Shown: piece after piece, positions 8,806 through 18,691 of the stretch
How the letters are laid out: every line of letters starts with the position of its first letter
Numbering within the stretch: position 1 is the first letter of the stretch
Assembly (NCBI GenBank): GCA_016699425.1
Contig: CP064975.1
Span: 987,957 to 1,051,956 of the forward strand
Length of the DNA stretch: 64,000 bases
DNA from: Candidatus Moraniibacteriota bacterium
GTDB lineage: Bacteria > Patescibacteriota > Minisyncoccia > Moranbacterales > UBA1568
Reading direction: 5' to 3'
Made by a program: the position numbers and the translations under genes
Notes under the pieces: generated by a model
What the model saw: only the letters and a program-made list of their open reading frames with translations
The model's database searches: none
What the model was told of the DNA's origin: nothing

Positions 8806-11142
8806 CTAAGGATTGTTGGCGTCAAATTCCCGCTTCGCCTCTTCAATTTCCAGGAGCTGGCGCGGGTCAGAAGTGATGATCTGGTCCTCGCTATATGAAG
8901 CGATAACCTTGATCGCCGCGTGCTTCGTCCCAGCGAAGAAGATTCCTTCGCCGACATTCGACTCGAGCAAGAGGAACTTCTCGTGGTCCGTCAGGTAAAA
9001 CGTCTCCGTGATGAAATCAATGGAAGCCGGCGACTGACGGAGGAGGAGCTGCATGGACGAGTTCGTGATAATCGGCTTGCCGTAGCGCGAAGACATGAAG
9101 TCAGAGATGTCCTGTGTGATCGTCGTGAGGCCCGTGTAGTACTTGCGGCAGCGCTTGGCGATACCAAAAAGGAATGAGGCCGCGTCTTCGTTTTGCATCA
9201 TGATCCACGCTTCATCGACGACAATGAGACGCTGGCGAAGCTTCGAGCGGATATCGTTCCAAATGTACTGAAGGATGATATACATGGCGATCGGCCGAAG
9301 CTCTTCCTCCAGGTCGCGGATATTGAACACCACAAGCTGATTGTTGGTGTCGATATTCGTCTGCTCATTGAGGAACCCCGAAAAAATCCCTTCCGTATAC
9401 CGCTGGAGACGTGCCGCGATCAAATCCGCCCCTTCCATATTCTTCAGGACCGCGTACAAGTCTGACATAGTCGGAAAGGAATTGGCCGTCAGTGACTCGT
9501 AATTCGAATCTTCGTGAATGTCACGAATGGCATAGGCTTCTCGGATCGCCTGATCCAGGATAGAGTCCTCTTCGGCCGACAGAGTGCCGAGCATAAGGTG
9601 AAGGAGACCAATGAGGTTGGCGATAGCGTTCCGGAACACGCCGTCCGACTCATCGTCAGCGCCCACCTTCGGCATATCAAACGGATTGAGGTGGATATCC
9701 GAATTCAGCGAAATCTTCAGGAATGCCCCGCCAACTGTCTCGCAGAGATGCTTGTACTCATTTTCAGGGTCGATGATGATGACGCTCGACTCGAACATGA
9801 GCGCCCGCAAGACTTCAAGCTTCACCGTATAACTCTTTCCAGCACCGGACTTCGCAAACACCACCATATTTGCGTTTTCCATCTTGAACCGGTCAAAGAG
9901 GATGAGCGAGTTGTTATGACGGTTGATGCCATAGAGGATTCCTTCGTTCGAAGAGAGATCGGAGGAAACAAAGGGGAAAGTCGTCGACAAAGGCTCAGTG
10001 TTCAGGTTGTTGGCGACATCCAAGGCATCATTCGCGAGCGGACGCGTCGATGCGAAACCCGCATCCATTCGGAGTACGGCCGGTTTAGTATAGACGAGCT
10101 GCGCCTCGAGCATCGCCTCGACAGACTGTTCTTTCTGTGAGAGATCCTTTTCGTCTGCTCCGTATATCATCATGTACAGTCCGAAACGGAAGAACTTCTC
10201 TGTCCCTTGCTGAAGCCGATCGCGCAGTTCTTCGATGTTCTGAAGGGCTGCCTCGAGCACGGGGTCACGGATTTTCCCTTCTTCGACTTCGATATTCATC
10301 TGCGACTGCACCTGGGTTGCTGATTTCCGGAGCTGTTTCAGGATCTCGGCCGTCTCGATCGGATGGATGAAGAGCGCCGTGTCCATCGGAAAGTCGAGAT
10401 TGATGATCGGGGAAAACCAATTGGTCGAGAGGAAACGTGGATACGCGATGACAAACAGCGCGCGTGCAACGACATCGCCGATTTGCATCGACGCCGGAGT
10501 GACCCGGATAGCCGGCGGAGCGATCAGGTCCTTGATTGTCGCCAGGCCCTTCTGGTACAACTGCTCCGTATCCAGTCCTTCATCCAGCTCCAGAATCCGT
10601 GGATTATTCTTGAAGAGTTTGCTGAAAATACCGGCTTTTTCTGACTGTGCACGCACAACACGTTCTTCGGGCGCAACATGTGACACGACTTCTTTGGCCC
10701 AGACCTCACGGTTTGCCTGTGGCTGAAGCAAGGCCTCATAGTCAGGCACCGCGACGGCCTCTCGCATCGGGGCCTCCCGGACGGGGGGGTCAGGCACGAT
10801 GTACGGTTCGAGCTCGGGTACAGCCACTGGCGGTGTGACCGGATCGGCCTCGACTATCACCAATGGTTCCACCTTCGGTCGTGGTTTCGGCGTCGGCTTT
10901 GGTTTCGGTCTTGCCTTCGGTAACGGTTTTGGTTGCGGCTCGGTAACCGTAACAGACGCTTTCGGTTGGCGGACCGGCGCGGCGACCACCTCTACTGGAG
11001 GCACTGGAGACGTCTTTACCACCGGCGCTGGCCGCGATGGCGGAACCGGAGCCTGGCCTGATCCAGGCGTCGTGATATTCATGGGATCTACCACGGATAC
11101 CTTCCTGATTGGCCGGTCAAAAATGATGAGTTCTCGTGCCAT
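8806..11142 (-). CDS. virB4: VirB4/TrbE-family type IV secretion ATPase (778 aa) with a roughly 150-aa Pro-rich N-terminal extension
   Basis: Walker A VFAKSGAGKSYT and Walker B RLIVVDEAWIMM. The middle region (AIRVTPASMQIGD...YPRFLSTNWFSPIINLDFPMDTALFIHP) is typical of Gram-positive-type VirB4 proteins. Confidence 0.85.
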   Translation of the reverse strand: MARELIIFDRPIRKVSVVDPMNITTPGSGQAPVPPSRPAPVVKTSPVPPVEVVAAPVRQPKASVTVTEPQPKPLPKARPKPKPTPKPRPKVEPLVIVEADPVTPPVAVPELEPYIVPDPPVREAPMREAVAVPDYEALLQPQANREVWAKEVVSHVAPEERVVRAQSEKAGIFSKLFKNNPRILELDEGLDTEQLYQKGLATIKDLIAPPAIRVTPASMQIGDVVARALFVIAYPRFLSTNWFSPIINLDFPMDTALFIHPIETAEILKQLRKSATQVQSQMNIEVEEGKIRDPVLEAALQNIEELRDRLQQGTEKFFRFGLYMMIYGADEKDLSQKEQSVEAMLEAQLVYTKPAVLRMDAGFASTRPLANDALDVANNLNTEPLSTTFPFVSSDLSSNEGILYGINRHNNSLILFDRFKMENANMVVFAKSGAGKSYTVKLEVLRALMFESSVIIIDPENEYKHLCETVGGAFLKISLNSDIHLNPFDMPKVGADDESDGVFRNAIANLIGLLHLMLGTLSAEEDSILDQAIREAYAIRDIHEDSNYESLTANSFPTMSDLYAVLKNMEGADLIAARLQRYTEGIFSGFLNEQTNIDTNNQLVVFNIRDLEEELRPIAMYIILQYIWNDIRSKLRQRLIVVDEAWIMMQNEDAASFLFGIAKRCRKYYTGLTTITQDISDFMSSRYGKPIITNSSMQLLLRQSPASIDFITETFYLTDHEKFLLLESNVGEGIFFAGTKHAAIKVIASYSEDQIITSDPRQLLEIEEAKREFDANNP

Positions 11143-11144
11143 AC

Positions 11145-11822
11145 CTATGACTGAAGCTCAATGGCCTCGATATTCTTCACGATCGTTGAGGCAAAAAGCG
11201 ATGGGTTATAGCTGTTGTAGAGTAGTTCGATAAGCTCCTCCGTCTCGAGAACCGCCGCCCGGACACCCATCGGAGAGAGTCCTGCCACCACGTGCTCGAC
11301 GCGCTGCATGAGCTGGGTCCGGTAGGTGTAGAAGAGCTCCGTCTTCAAGCCGACCGTCTTTTTTTGATTGAAGATATCGCCCATCTTCTGAAAAAATCCG
11401 CCCTGGCTGTTCTCGACCGGTGAAAACGGCACCACGACATAGAAGAATTTCGACATGATGTTCGATATCTCCGTCAAATTCTTGATGAAACCTTGATACT
11501 CCCGCATTTGGAAACGCAAAAGCTCATTCATTTGCTGAGCTTCTTTCCCCTTGAGGAGTTCGATATACGGATCGATATTGAAACGCCGCGATTGCACCAC
11601 GATCTGCACAGGAAAATCGAGCGAGTTCAAAAAATTCTGGTATTGGGAGATGATCGCATCTTGTTCCTCGCTTGATTTCAAATCAAAATTGATGGATGAA
11701 ACAAGAAGCACCGCTCGAAGTGCCCCGGTCTTGAGGACGAGCACACCATCGCGAATTTCTTCGACATCGACATAGCGCTGTGTGCTAGCACTCCCTGACT
11801 TTTTCTTCGAAAGAAGTTCCAT
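11145..11822 (-). CDS. VirB4 N-terminal-domain-like protein (225 aa), encoded separately from the ATPase
   Basis: DGVLVLKTGALRAVLLVSSINFDLKSSEEQDAIISQYQNFLNSLDFPVQIVVQSRR matches the conserved start of conjugative VirB4-like ATPases. TAG stop 2 nt before the ATG of 8806..11142. Confidence 0.6.
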   Translation of the reverse strand: MELLSKKKSGSASTQRYVDVEEIRDGVLVLKTGALRAVLLVSSINFDLKSSEEQDAIISQYQNFLNSLDFPVQIVVQSRRFNIDPYIELLKGKEAQQMNELLRFQMREYQGFIKNLTEISNIMSKFFYVVVPFSPVENSQGGFFQKMGDIFNQKKTVGLKTELFYTYRTQLMQRVEHVVAGLSPMGVRAAVLETEELIELLYNSYNPSLFASTIVKNIEAIELQS

Positions 11823-11831
11823 AGATCGAGA

Positions 11832-12224
11832 CTAGTGGCTATCCATGATATTGGCGAGACGACGAAGCTCTTCGGAGGTAATACGTTTTTCCTTGGGTGC
11901 CTCCACGACGCGAGCTGTTTCAACAGGTGCCTGACGGATCCGCGCCGTCGGTCGCTCCCAGACAGCGATTTTGGGACGGAACAAGAATGAAAATCCGTGG
12001 AAGAGAAACACAATGAGCGGTACCCCTTGAGGCCGATAGAAGGCCAGGGCAACAAAGAGGAGAATGAGCGGTATGCCGATGACGAAGAATCCCGTGGTAC
12101 CGATAGTGTTGTAGAGCACGAGGAGGGTGATCATCATGCCGATCATCCACAAGAGCTGCCGCCAGGTCAACGGACCAGCGATCTTGTCCTCGACATCGAT
12201 GAATTGCGGGACACTGAACATCAT
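11832..12224 (-). CDS. PrgI/VirB3-like small membrane protein (130 aa)
   Basis: N-terminus FSVPQFIDVEDKIAGPLTWRQLLWMIGMMITLL followed by two TM helices, as in PrgI-family proteins found upstream of VirB4 in Gram-positive T4SS. Confidence 0.65.
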   Translation of the reverse strand: MMFSVPQFIDVEDKIAGPLTWRQLLWMIGMMITLLVLYNTIGTTGFFVIGIPLILLFVALAFYRPQGVPLIVFLFHGFSFLFRPKIAVWERPTARIRQAPVETARVVEAPKEKRITSEELRRLANIMDSH

Positions 12225-12294
12225 AACGCTTTTGTATTCGAGGATAGCCTGCTTTCCATTTCTGCCAACATGAAAAGAAGTCTCCGCCTCTTTA

Positions 12295-12332
12295 GTATAT
12301 CACTACACTAATGCATCGGTGTAGTGATATAC
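12295..12332. promoter_or_regulatory. Perfect 14-bp inverted repeat GTATATCACTACAC-n10-GTGTAGTGATATAC upstream of the prgI-like gene
   Basis: Seen directly. The spacer TAATGCATCG contains an ATGCAT palindrome. A related half-site AGTATACCACTACA occurs at 16187-16200, upstream of the virB6-like gene. Confidence 0.45.
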
Positions 12333-12348
12333 AATAGCTGTACGAGAT

Positions 12349-13818
12349 TTATATGTCTCCGTTCCCACCATTCCTCGCACGAAGCGGACGGATAGAGTAG
12401 GGACTTTTCGAAAGCGAGGCTTTCGGTTCACGCCGGATTCCCTGAGTCGGCTGTTGCATCTGGCGGAGCGCCTCATTTACGCCTGTTGGGGCCGTATCAA
12501 CTTCACGTTCCGCGGGCAGCACATGGCCGGTGGAGAAATGCAGAGTCTCGCCAGAGACATTTTTTTCTGGCGCCGCTGATTTTCCAAAGAGGGGTTTGAA
12601 TGTCGGTGCCGGTTGAGACTTCACAGCTAACGGGACGGTCGGGGTGGTCGGTTGGATATTCGGTGCTGCCACGGCCGGATTCGCCGGCAACCCGCGAGGG
12701 CGGATAGTTCGGTTCATCGGCTGAGTCTTCACTTGAGCCAATTCCATCGATGCATCATCGGTCCGCGGGAAGATAATCGTCTCATGGGTCGTATCGATCT
12801 CCAATGGGAAATCCTCCTCGACTGATTTCAGAATGAGATTGAGCCGCGCCCGGTCGTCATTGGAGAGGCGTTTGCAATTCACGGACTGGAAGAGGAAATT
12901 CCCCCGCTGAGCGGTCTCATGGAAGCCGATACCAATTTCCTCGCGATAGCTCCGCAGCCAATTGCCCAAGGACGGCCGCACCGGTTCCATCGACGTCTTT
13001 AGTTTGATCTTCTCATTCGTCAGCAATTGCTCCGACAGATGCCGATACTCACTCATCGCCTTGAGCAGCGGTAATCGGATCGTTTTTTGGGCGGGTGCTT
13101 GTTGGCGACCAGTACCTGCAGAAACTCCCTTCTGTTGAGAGTTACTCATAGATGAATACTTTGCTCTGAACTCATTTGGGTTTACTTCTCTTACCCCTTT
13201 CTGCTCAAGTTCAGATAGTTTCTCATACACTCCAGCGACATCATAGACTGTAGTAATGGGACGTGCAAACCATTGGTCATACACGCGTAATACTTCACGA
13301 AGTACCCCTTGCTGATTCTTACTCATAGAGACGATCTCCGGAACACGGGTAAAGAACATGTTCACTGCAGTCCCTTCGCGCTCCATCGATGGGAAGTCTT
13401 TATCGAATTTCTGGACCCAGTCGCGGACCGTTCTTTGTCCAATTTTTTGTTCATTGTGTAATAGAGCATCCCGAAAAGCATTTCGATCCCCTTCCTGATT
13501 ACCATAACCCAAGTACAGAAACCGGCTCTTGATCACCTCATCGATATCCACTTCACTCGTCAACAGATCAACAAATTGTCTTTCAATGATTGCCACTGCC
13601 TGATCTACCGGAAGACTTGGGAAAGCAATGAACAAGAGAGGGTCCTTCATCTGTGTCAACATCTCCTTCGATGATGCAGGTGCCTGTCCTGCCATCACGT
13701 CCCACTGACGCCAAGCGGAATATGCCAAGTTGTCATCATGTCGGGCGCACGCCTCTGAGACCTTCGCGGACCATTGTTTGAAGTCTGTTGGCGGGGTAGT
13801 TGGTGAACTCACAGTCAT
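12349..13818 (-). CDS. Hypothetical protein (489 aa), T4SS-cluster associated
   Basis: Long ORF within the operon. No TM segment and no known motif. Pro/Thr-rich C-terminus. Confidence 0.6.
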   Translation of the reverse strand: MTVSSPTTPPTDFKQWSAKVSEACARHDDNLAYSAWRQWDVMAGQAPASSKEMLTQMKDPLLFIAFPSLPVDQAVAIIERQFVDLLTSEVDIDEVIKSRFLYLGYGNQEGDRNAFRDALLHNEQKIGQRTVRDWVQKFDKDFPSMEREGTAVNMFFTRVPEIVSMSKNQQGVLREVLRVYDQWFARPITTVYDVAGVYEKLSELEQKGVREVNPNEFRAKYSSMSNSQQKGVSAGTGRQQAPAQKTIRLPLLKAMSEYRHLSEQLLTNEKIKLKTSMEPVRPSLGNWLRSYREEIGIGFHETAQRGNFLFQSVNCKRLSNDDRARLNLILKSVEEDFPLEIDTTHETIIFPRTDDASMELAQVKTQPMNRTIRPRGLPANPAVAAPNIQPTTPTVPLAVKSQPAPTFKPLFGKSAAPEKNVSGETLHFSTGHVLPAEREVDTAPTGVNEALRQMQQPTQGIRREPKASLSKSPYSIRPLRARNGGNGDI

Positions 13819-13882
13819 AACATGGGGACTATATTAAACGTTATGTGCAAGACGGGGGGGTACAATACTGTTCATTCGTTAA

Positions 13883-16144
13883 TTATATGAGTCGTGTGGG
13901 CATCGTGTGTCCAGATGGCAGTGTCGGTTTAACAGTTTTCTCAACGTACTCTCGGAACATTGGGTTTGTGTTATACGCGGCCTTAAAGTTCCTATAGTTT
14001 CCACTCGTGGCAGTATTCACTGCCCCCTCATAGGCATCCAGGATCGCACTCTGGACTACTGCATTCGTTCGAGATGCGCTACCCACATCATTATTATTTA
14101 TTTCCATAGCAACTGCTAATCCAGACGCATGCATATCACCATATTTTCGATTGCCTGAAGCTGGGTCAACAACCTGTGTAAAGAGACCCCGGGCATGCAG
14201 GACATCCTGCCGTGTTTGCGCTTTCATTTTCTTGAAATTCCCCGCAACAGTCCCGGCATGGTCAGATGTGCCTGTCCAGGTTCCCGTTGCAACATCTGGT
14301 TCATAGAAGTCCCCAAAAGCAATATCCCCTTTCATCTTCGCATTTTCACCGAAGTTATGCATGTGTTTCATAATTGCCTGTTCGTCCACGCCCACATCCT
14401 CCAGAATTTTTTTCATGGTGTCCTTATAGCTCTCAGTGATATCGACCAATCCGGTGACCGGATCAATACTTGCCGTACCCAACTCATGCGCGAAATCCGC
14501 TGCAACGTTATCCAGACCATTTATCCGAGACAGGAGCGTACTCGCTGCCAGCACTTTTGCTGAATTACGTTCCTCATAACCCTCTTTAAGCGCTCGTCGT
14601 ACTACATTTTCATTAACCTCCCCTCCTCCCTGTTCCTTGATCTCTGCTTCATAATGAGCTTTTTGTTTATTCTGCTCCAAGAACGCATAGTTGGTTGAAT
14701 CCGCGTGTGTAAACTTATTAACAATTGGGATGCTACTAAATGCTTTATTTAATTCATCGTGCATCCGCGCCTTTGCCATATCGATAGGAAGTTGGTCCTC
14801 ATGATGCTGAGCCTCACTACGCTGCTTGAAGGCGGATTTCAACACGGTCGGGCTCAAGTACTTCACCCATTTTTTATCAGATGCAGCGAGCTTCGTCTCA
14901 ATCTTCCTCCCAGCATATTTGGCCGTCCCAGCTGCGCCCTTCCCCACCAATCTCACTGGTGCCATCGCTGCGCCCTGCACCTTCTTCCGTGCCCAATGCG
15001 CCGCCCCATAGCCCATACCGACGACAGCTGCCGAGCCGGCGATGGCGAATTTGTTGGCCAGGCCGATGGTCGCCCAGATGAGAATGATCGGGATCGTATA
15101 GAAAATCACATTGGTGATGAGTGTCGATCCACTAGCGCTGACACTGGCATTGGTCGACACCTGGTCCACTGATCGCCAGACATTGGCCGTCTGGGTCGCC
15201 TCGAGAAATTTCAGCGAGACCACGAGCATGAGCGCGGCCGCCGGACCGAAAAAAGCATAGCTCCAGAACTTACTCCACCATTCCTGTCCGTATTTGTTGA
15301 ATCCTGGCAAGAGCGACCCCGCGAAGCCGATCGGCGAAAAAACGAGGAGGAGGGTGAGTGCGATGAGCCGAACGATGAGCATGACCGAGAGCACCGCGAG
15401 CGAAATACCGAAAAGGAAGGCGAAGATGATCGCTGCAAACGTCGGGATATAATCCGTCGTCAGTGCCGCCGCCGCCGTACCCGAAAACCCGAGCAGGTTG
15501 TTCATCGCGATCACCGCCCCCTGGCCACCCCCCGCACCGATGACGTCATTTATGAAGTAGTACATCGGCACATTGGCCACATCGATGAGAAAGCGCGTGA
15601 TAGGAAAACTGAAATTGATGAGGAGCGCCGTGAGGAGGATGTTCTTGAAGATATTACGGATATTGAAGCTATCTACCTGGAAGATGGTCGCGAAGGCCGA
15701 AAAGAGCAGAATGAAAATGAAGAACAAATTGAAGAAGTCCCGGATAAATTGCCAGAGCGTATAGACGGCGGGGAAATTCAGGATGCCGTTTGGACCAGAG
15801 ACATTGGCCGGATTGACCACCCAGACGAAAAGCGCAGCGGCCGGGGAAGCAATGATGAGGATGATCGCACTGCGAATCAGATTGAGTAACCACAGTGAAA
15901 AGTCCTTCAAACATCCGGTGATATTGCCTATATTGCATCCAGTGGACACATCTCCAGTGGCTATCCCTTGGCCTTCTTTCACACCCGCGTTAGTCGCCCC
16001 ACCCACCGTCGCAGCCTCGACCGGGGTCTGGATAGTCTGATTCGCATGCACCGATGCCGCACAACCAAGAACGCCTTGGAAGACGAGCACGGAAAGGAAT
16101 AGACTCGCAAAAATTTTCTGTGTGTTTTTCTTCACCCCACGCAT
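13883..16144 (-). CDS. VirB6/TrbL-like polytopic membrane protein (about 753 aa from the internal ATG; the ORF extends to a GTG at 16195)
   Basis: Signal peptide MRGVKKNTQKIFASLFLSVLVFQGVLGCAASVHA, then six or more TM helices rich in aromatic and Gly residues, then a long soluble C-terminal domain. Position and topology match VirB6-like subunits. Confidence 0.6.
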   Translation of the reverse strand: MRGVKKNTQKIFASLFLSVLVFQGVLGCAASVHANQTIQTPVEAATVGGATNAGVKEGQGIATGDVSTGCNIGNITGCLKDFSLWLLNLIRSAIILIIASPAAALFVWVVNPANVSGPNGILNFPAVYTLWQFIRDFFNLFFIFILLFSAFATIFQVDSFNIRNIFKNILLTALLINFSFPITRFLIDVANVPMYYFINDVIGAGGGQGAVIAMNNLLGFSGTAAAALTTDYIPTFAAIIFAFLFGISLAVLSVMLIVRLIALTLLLVFSPIGFAGSLLPGFNKYGQEWWSKFWSYAFFGPAAALMLVVSLKFLEATQTANVWRSVDQVSTNASVSASGSTLITNVIFYTIPIILIWATIGLANKFAIAGSAAVVGMGYGAAHWARKKVQGAAMAPVRLVGKGAAGTAKYAGRKIETKLAASDKKWVKYLSPTVLKSAFKQRSEAQHHEDQLPIDMAKARMHDELNKAFSSIPIVNKFTHADSTNYAFLEQNKQKAHYEAEIKEQGGGEVNENVVRRALKEGYEERNSAKVLAASTLLSRINGLDNVAADFAHELGTASIDPVTGLVDITESYKDTMKKILEDVGVDEQAIMKHMHNFGENAKMKGDIAFGDFYEPDVATGTWTGTSDHAGTVAGNFKKMKAQTRQDVLHARGLFTQVVDPASGNRKYGDMHASGLAVAMEINNNDVGSASRTNAVVQSAILDAYEGAVNTATSGNYRNFKAAYNTNPMFREYVEKTVKPTLPSGHTMPTRLI

Positions 16145-16241
16145 AGGTATGCCAAGAGTATGAACAGCTACCGAGATACAAAAATAGTATACCACTACAA
16201 AGGAACTAGTAACTAGTAGTTAGTCGCTGCACCCTCATTTT

Positions 16242-17549
16242 CTAATAAATGTATCCCTTGATCACGCGGCTCGAGCGCGACAATTGCCGCACGCTTTTCT
16301 TCGCCCAGCCGGTGTAGTTCATCTCGGACACGGTGATGGTATCACCGCTCACCTTTTCCACGACCGCGACATGGCCATAGTAGCGGTTTTCAGTCGTCAC
16401 GACGATCGAGCCGACGGTCGGATTCTTGCCGGTCTTGTAGCCATAGGCCCGAGCATTGAAGAGCCAGGTGCCCGCATTGCCGCCCCAGGGGACATAGCGT
16501 TTCTGCGCGACGAACCAGGTGCAGTACCCATACGGGAAGCGATGTCCCTGGCCAATTTTCCCTTCTTTGGGTCGTGAGAAATTCGGGGTGATGTCGGTCG
16601 CTGCCCCCACGCCGGACTGGGTCGCGTATTCCCGGCGAGCCAACCCGGTCGAGGTCGGCGCGGTCAAAGTTGCCTCCTTCACCCCGTCCGGGATGACGAT
16701 TTCCTCACCGGAAGTCAGTTCGCCATTGGCGGGCAAGCCATTGTAGGCGATAATACGGCTCCGGTCCGCTTTGTACTTGGTCGCGATCGTGTCGATCGTG
16801 TCGCCTTGTTTCACCAGATAGTTGAACCCCGCCACTGGCAAGATGAAGATCTGATCGCCGGGCTTGATCGCATCGACATTGTCCAGATCGTTCGCCCAGA
16901 GGATGGTATTGACCGTCACCCCGTTGGCCGAGGCAATGCCCGATACCGTGTCACCCGCCGCCACGGTATAGATCTTTACGCCCCCTTCTTCCTCTGGGTC
17001 CCGTGTGCTGTTCGCACCGATCGCGCCTGCGAGAAACATTTGGTTTTCCGGCGAGAGATAGGCTTCATCGAGTACATTCGTCTCTGACTTGGCCGCGACA
17101 TCGACCGCCAGCGGGGGTGCCGCGAGGGAGACGAGCGAGAGGTTATGCTGTTTGGATTCTTGCGCCGCGCGCCGCGGGATGAGGCGACTTTCGCGAGGCA
17201 GATCAATCCCGAGTGACGTCATAAGACGATCGAGCCGGCCCGCTTCTTGGCCGTAATTGGTCGCCGAAACGAGCATGGCCGAGGAAACGACGATAGAAAA
17301 AGCAGCATATTTACGGAAAAGCGCCACTGGAACATAGCCGGACCTTTCCTTGAACCAAATCAAGAGTTTGGTCTGCCACTGATGGAAAATGGTATTCCAA
17401 TGCGAGAAATCAGCCCAAGCACGCGCTTTTTTCCAGACTAGTCTGACGAAAGATGTAAGGTTCGAGTAGATACGCTCGCCCTTTCTGTCGGGAATATCCC
17501 CTAGCGACGCTGGCCGATAAGCGGGCGCCACATCCGGGATTTCCCCCAA
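16242..17549 (-). CDS. Membrane-anchored peptidoglycan hydrolase with two LysM domains and a C-terminal CHAP domain (functional VirB1 analogue)
   Basis: LysM repeats (YTVAAGDTVSGIASANGVTVNTILWAN; YLVKQGDTIDTIATKYKADRSRIIAYN). CHAP motifs YGYCTWFV and GHVAVVEKV. First gene of the T4SS operon. Confidence 0.8.
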   Translation of the reverse strand: MGEIPDVAPAYRPASLGDIPDRKGERIYSNLTSFVRLVWKKARAWADFSHWNTIFHQWQTKLLIWFKERSGYVPVALFRKYAAFSIVVSSAMLVSATNYGQEAGRLDRLMTSLGIDLPRESRLIPRRAAQESKQHNLSLVSLAAPPLAVDVAAKSETNVLDEAYLSPENQMFLAGAIGANSTRDPEEEGGVKIYTVAAGDTVSGIASANGVTVNTILWANDLDNVDAIKPGDQIFILPVAGFNYLVKQGDTIDTIATKYKADRSRIIAYNGLPANGELTSGEEIVIPDGVKEATLTAPTSTGLARREYATQSGVGAATDITPNFSRPKEGKIGQGHRFPYGYCTWFVAQKRYVPWGGNAGTWLFNARAYGYKTGKNPTVGSIVVTTENRYYGHVAVVEKVSGDTITVSEMNYTGWAKKSVRQLSRSSRVIKGYIY

Positions 17550-17659
17550 GAGTTACGCCTCGTAGAATACTCTGAAACCCTCCCCTGGTCAATTGATTTT
17601 CGGGTGAATATTGTATCTTTTGCTTCAATTGAGCCTTTTTCCTGTCAGGCTCCCTAAGT

Positions 17660-18691
17660 ATGACCCCGTTCTCGCGGGCCTTCCCATGGTACAATTTTCA
17701 TGTCGCCTTATATCATACGCTTGTGCCCCCATTTGAGAACCCCAAGACCGAAATTGAGCGGCTCGCCAAGGAATTCTGTGAACACCTCGAGATCGAGATG
17801 AATCGCTCCCGGCGGACCCTCGAGAGCTATGCCCACACTCTTTCCACCTTCTTCGCGTGGGGCGCGATTGCGACACCCGCGGACCTGACGCTCGAGAAAA
17901 TCCGAGCCTATCGCCTCTACCTCAATCGGAAACAGACACGGCGCGGCACCACGCTCAAGCGAAGCACCCAAGCCTACCACGCGATTGTTCTACGCACCTT
18001 CCTGAAGCATCTGGCAAAAAACGATATTCCCACCCTCGCGGCTGAAAAGATTGAGGTTGGCCGGGTCCCGGAACGTCAGGTCGACTTCCTCGAGTACGAC
18101 GAGGTGGAGCGGCTTTTGGCAGCCCCCACGGGCGACGGTATTCGGGTACGGCGGGATCGTGCCCTCCTCGAGCTCCTCTTTTCCGCTGGTCTCCGCGTCT
18201 CTGAATTGACGGGACTCGATCGGGACCAGGTCAATCTCGCCAAGGAGGAATTCAGTGTCCGTGGCAAAGGATCGAAACTCCGCATTGTCTTCCTCTCGCC
18301 CCGAGCGATAACGGCTATTGCTGACTATCTCGACCACCGAAGCGACATCGATCCTGCGCTCTTTGTCTCACATCCGAAAAAAGGACTCGTGAATAAAAAA
18401 AATGCGACACGCGAGACGCTCCGCCTCACGCCCCGCACCGTCGAACGACTGGTGAAGCACTACGCGAAAAAAGCCGGCATCGTGAAAGACGTCCATCCGC
18501 ATACCCTCCGTCACAGCTTCGCCACCGACCTCCTCCGGAACGGGGCCGATATCCGAAGCGTCCAGGCGATGCTCGGCCACGCCTCCATCACCACGACACA
18601 GATCTACACCCACGTCACCAACGAACGGCTGAAGGAAGTTCACCAATCCTTCCATGGGAAACGAAAGCCGAAGATACTAGATAAGCGATAG
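17660..18691 (+). CDS. Tyrosine recombinase/integrase (XerC/XerD family)
   Basis: C-terminal catalytic region LRHSFATDLLRNGADIRSVQAMLGHASITTTQIYTHV carries the R-H-R-Y signature, and an N-terminal core-binding domain is present. Transcribed divergently from the T4SS operon. Confidence 0.85.
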   Translation: MTPFSRAFPWYNFHVALYHTLVPPFENPKTEIERLAKEFCEHLEIEMNRSRRTLESYAHTLSTFFAWGAIATPADLTLEKIRAYRLYLNRKQTRRGTTLKRSTQAYHAIVLRTFLKHLAKNDIPTLAAEKIEVGRVPERQVDFLEYDEVERLLAAPTGDGIRVRRDRALLELLFSAGLRVSELTGLDRDQVNLAKEEFSVRGKGSKLRIVFLSPRAITAIADYLDHRSDIDPALFVSHPKKGLVNKKNATRETLRLTPRTVERLVKHYAKKAGIVKDVHPHTLRHSFATDLLRNGADIRSVQAMLGHASITTTQIYTHVTNERLKEVHQSFHGKRKPKILDKR

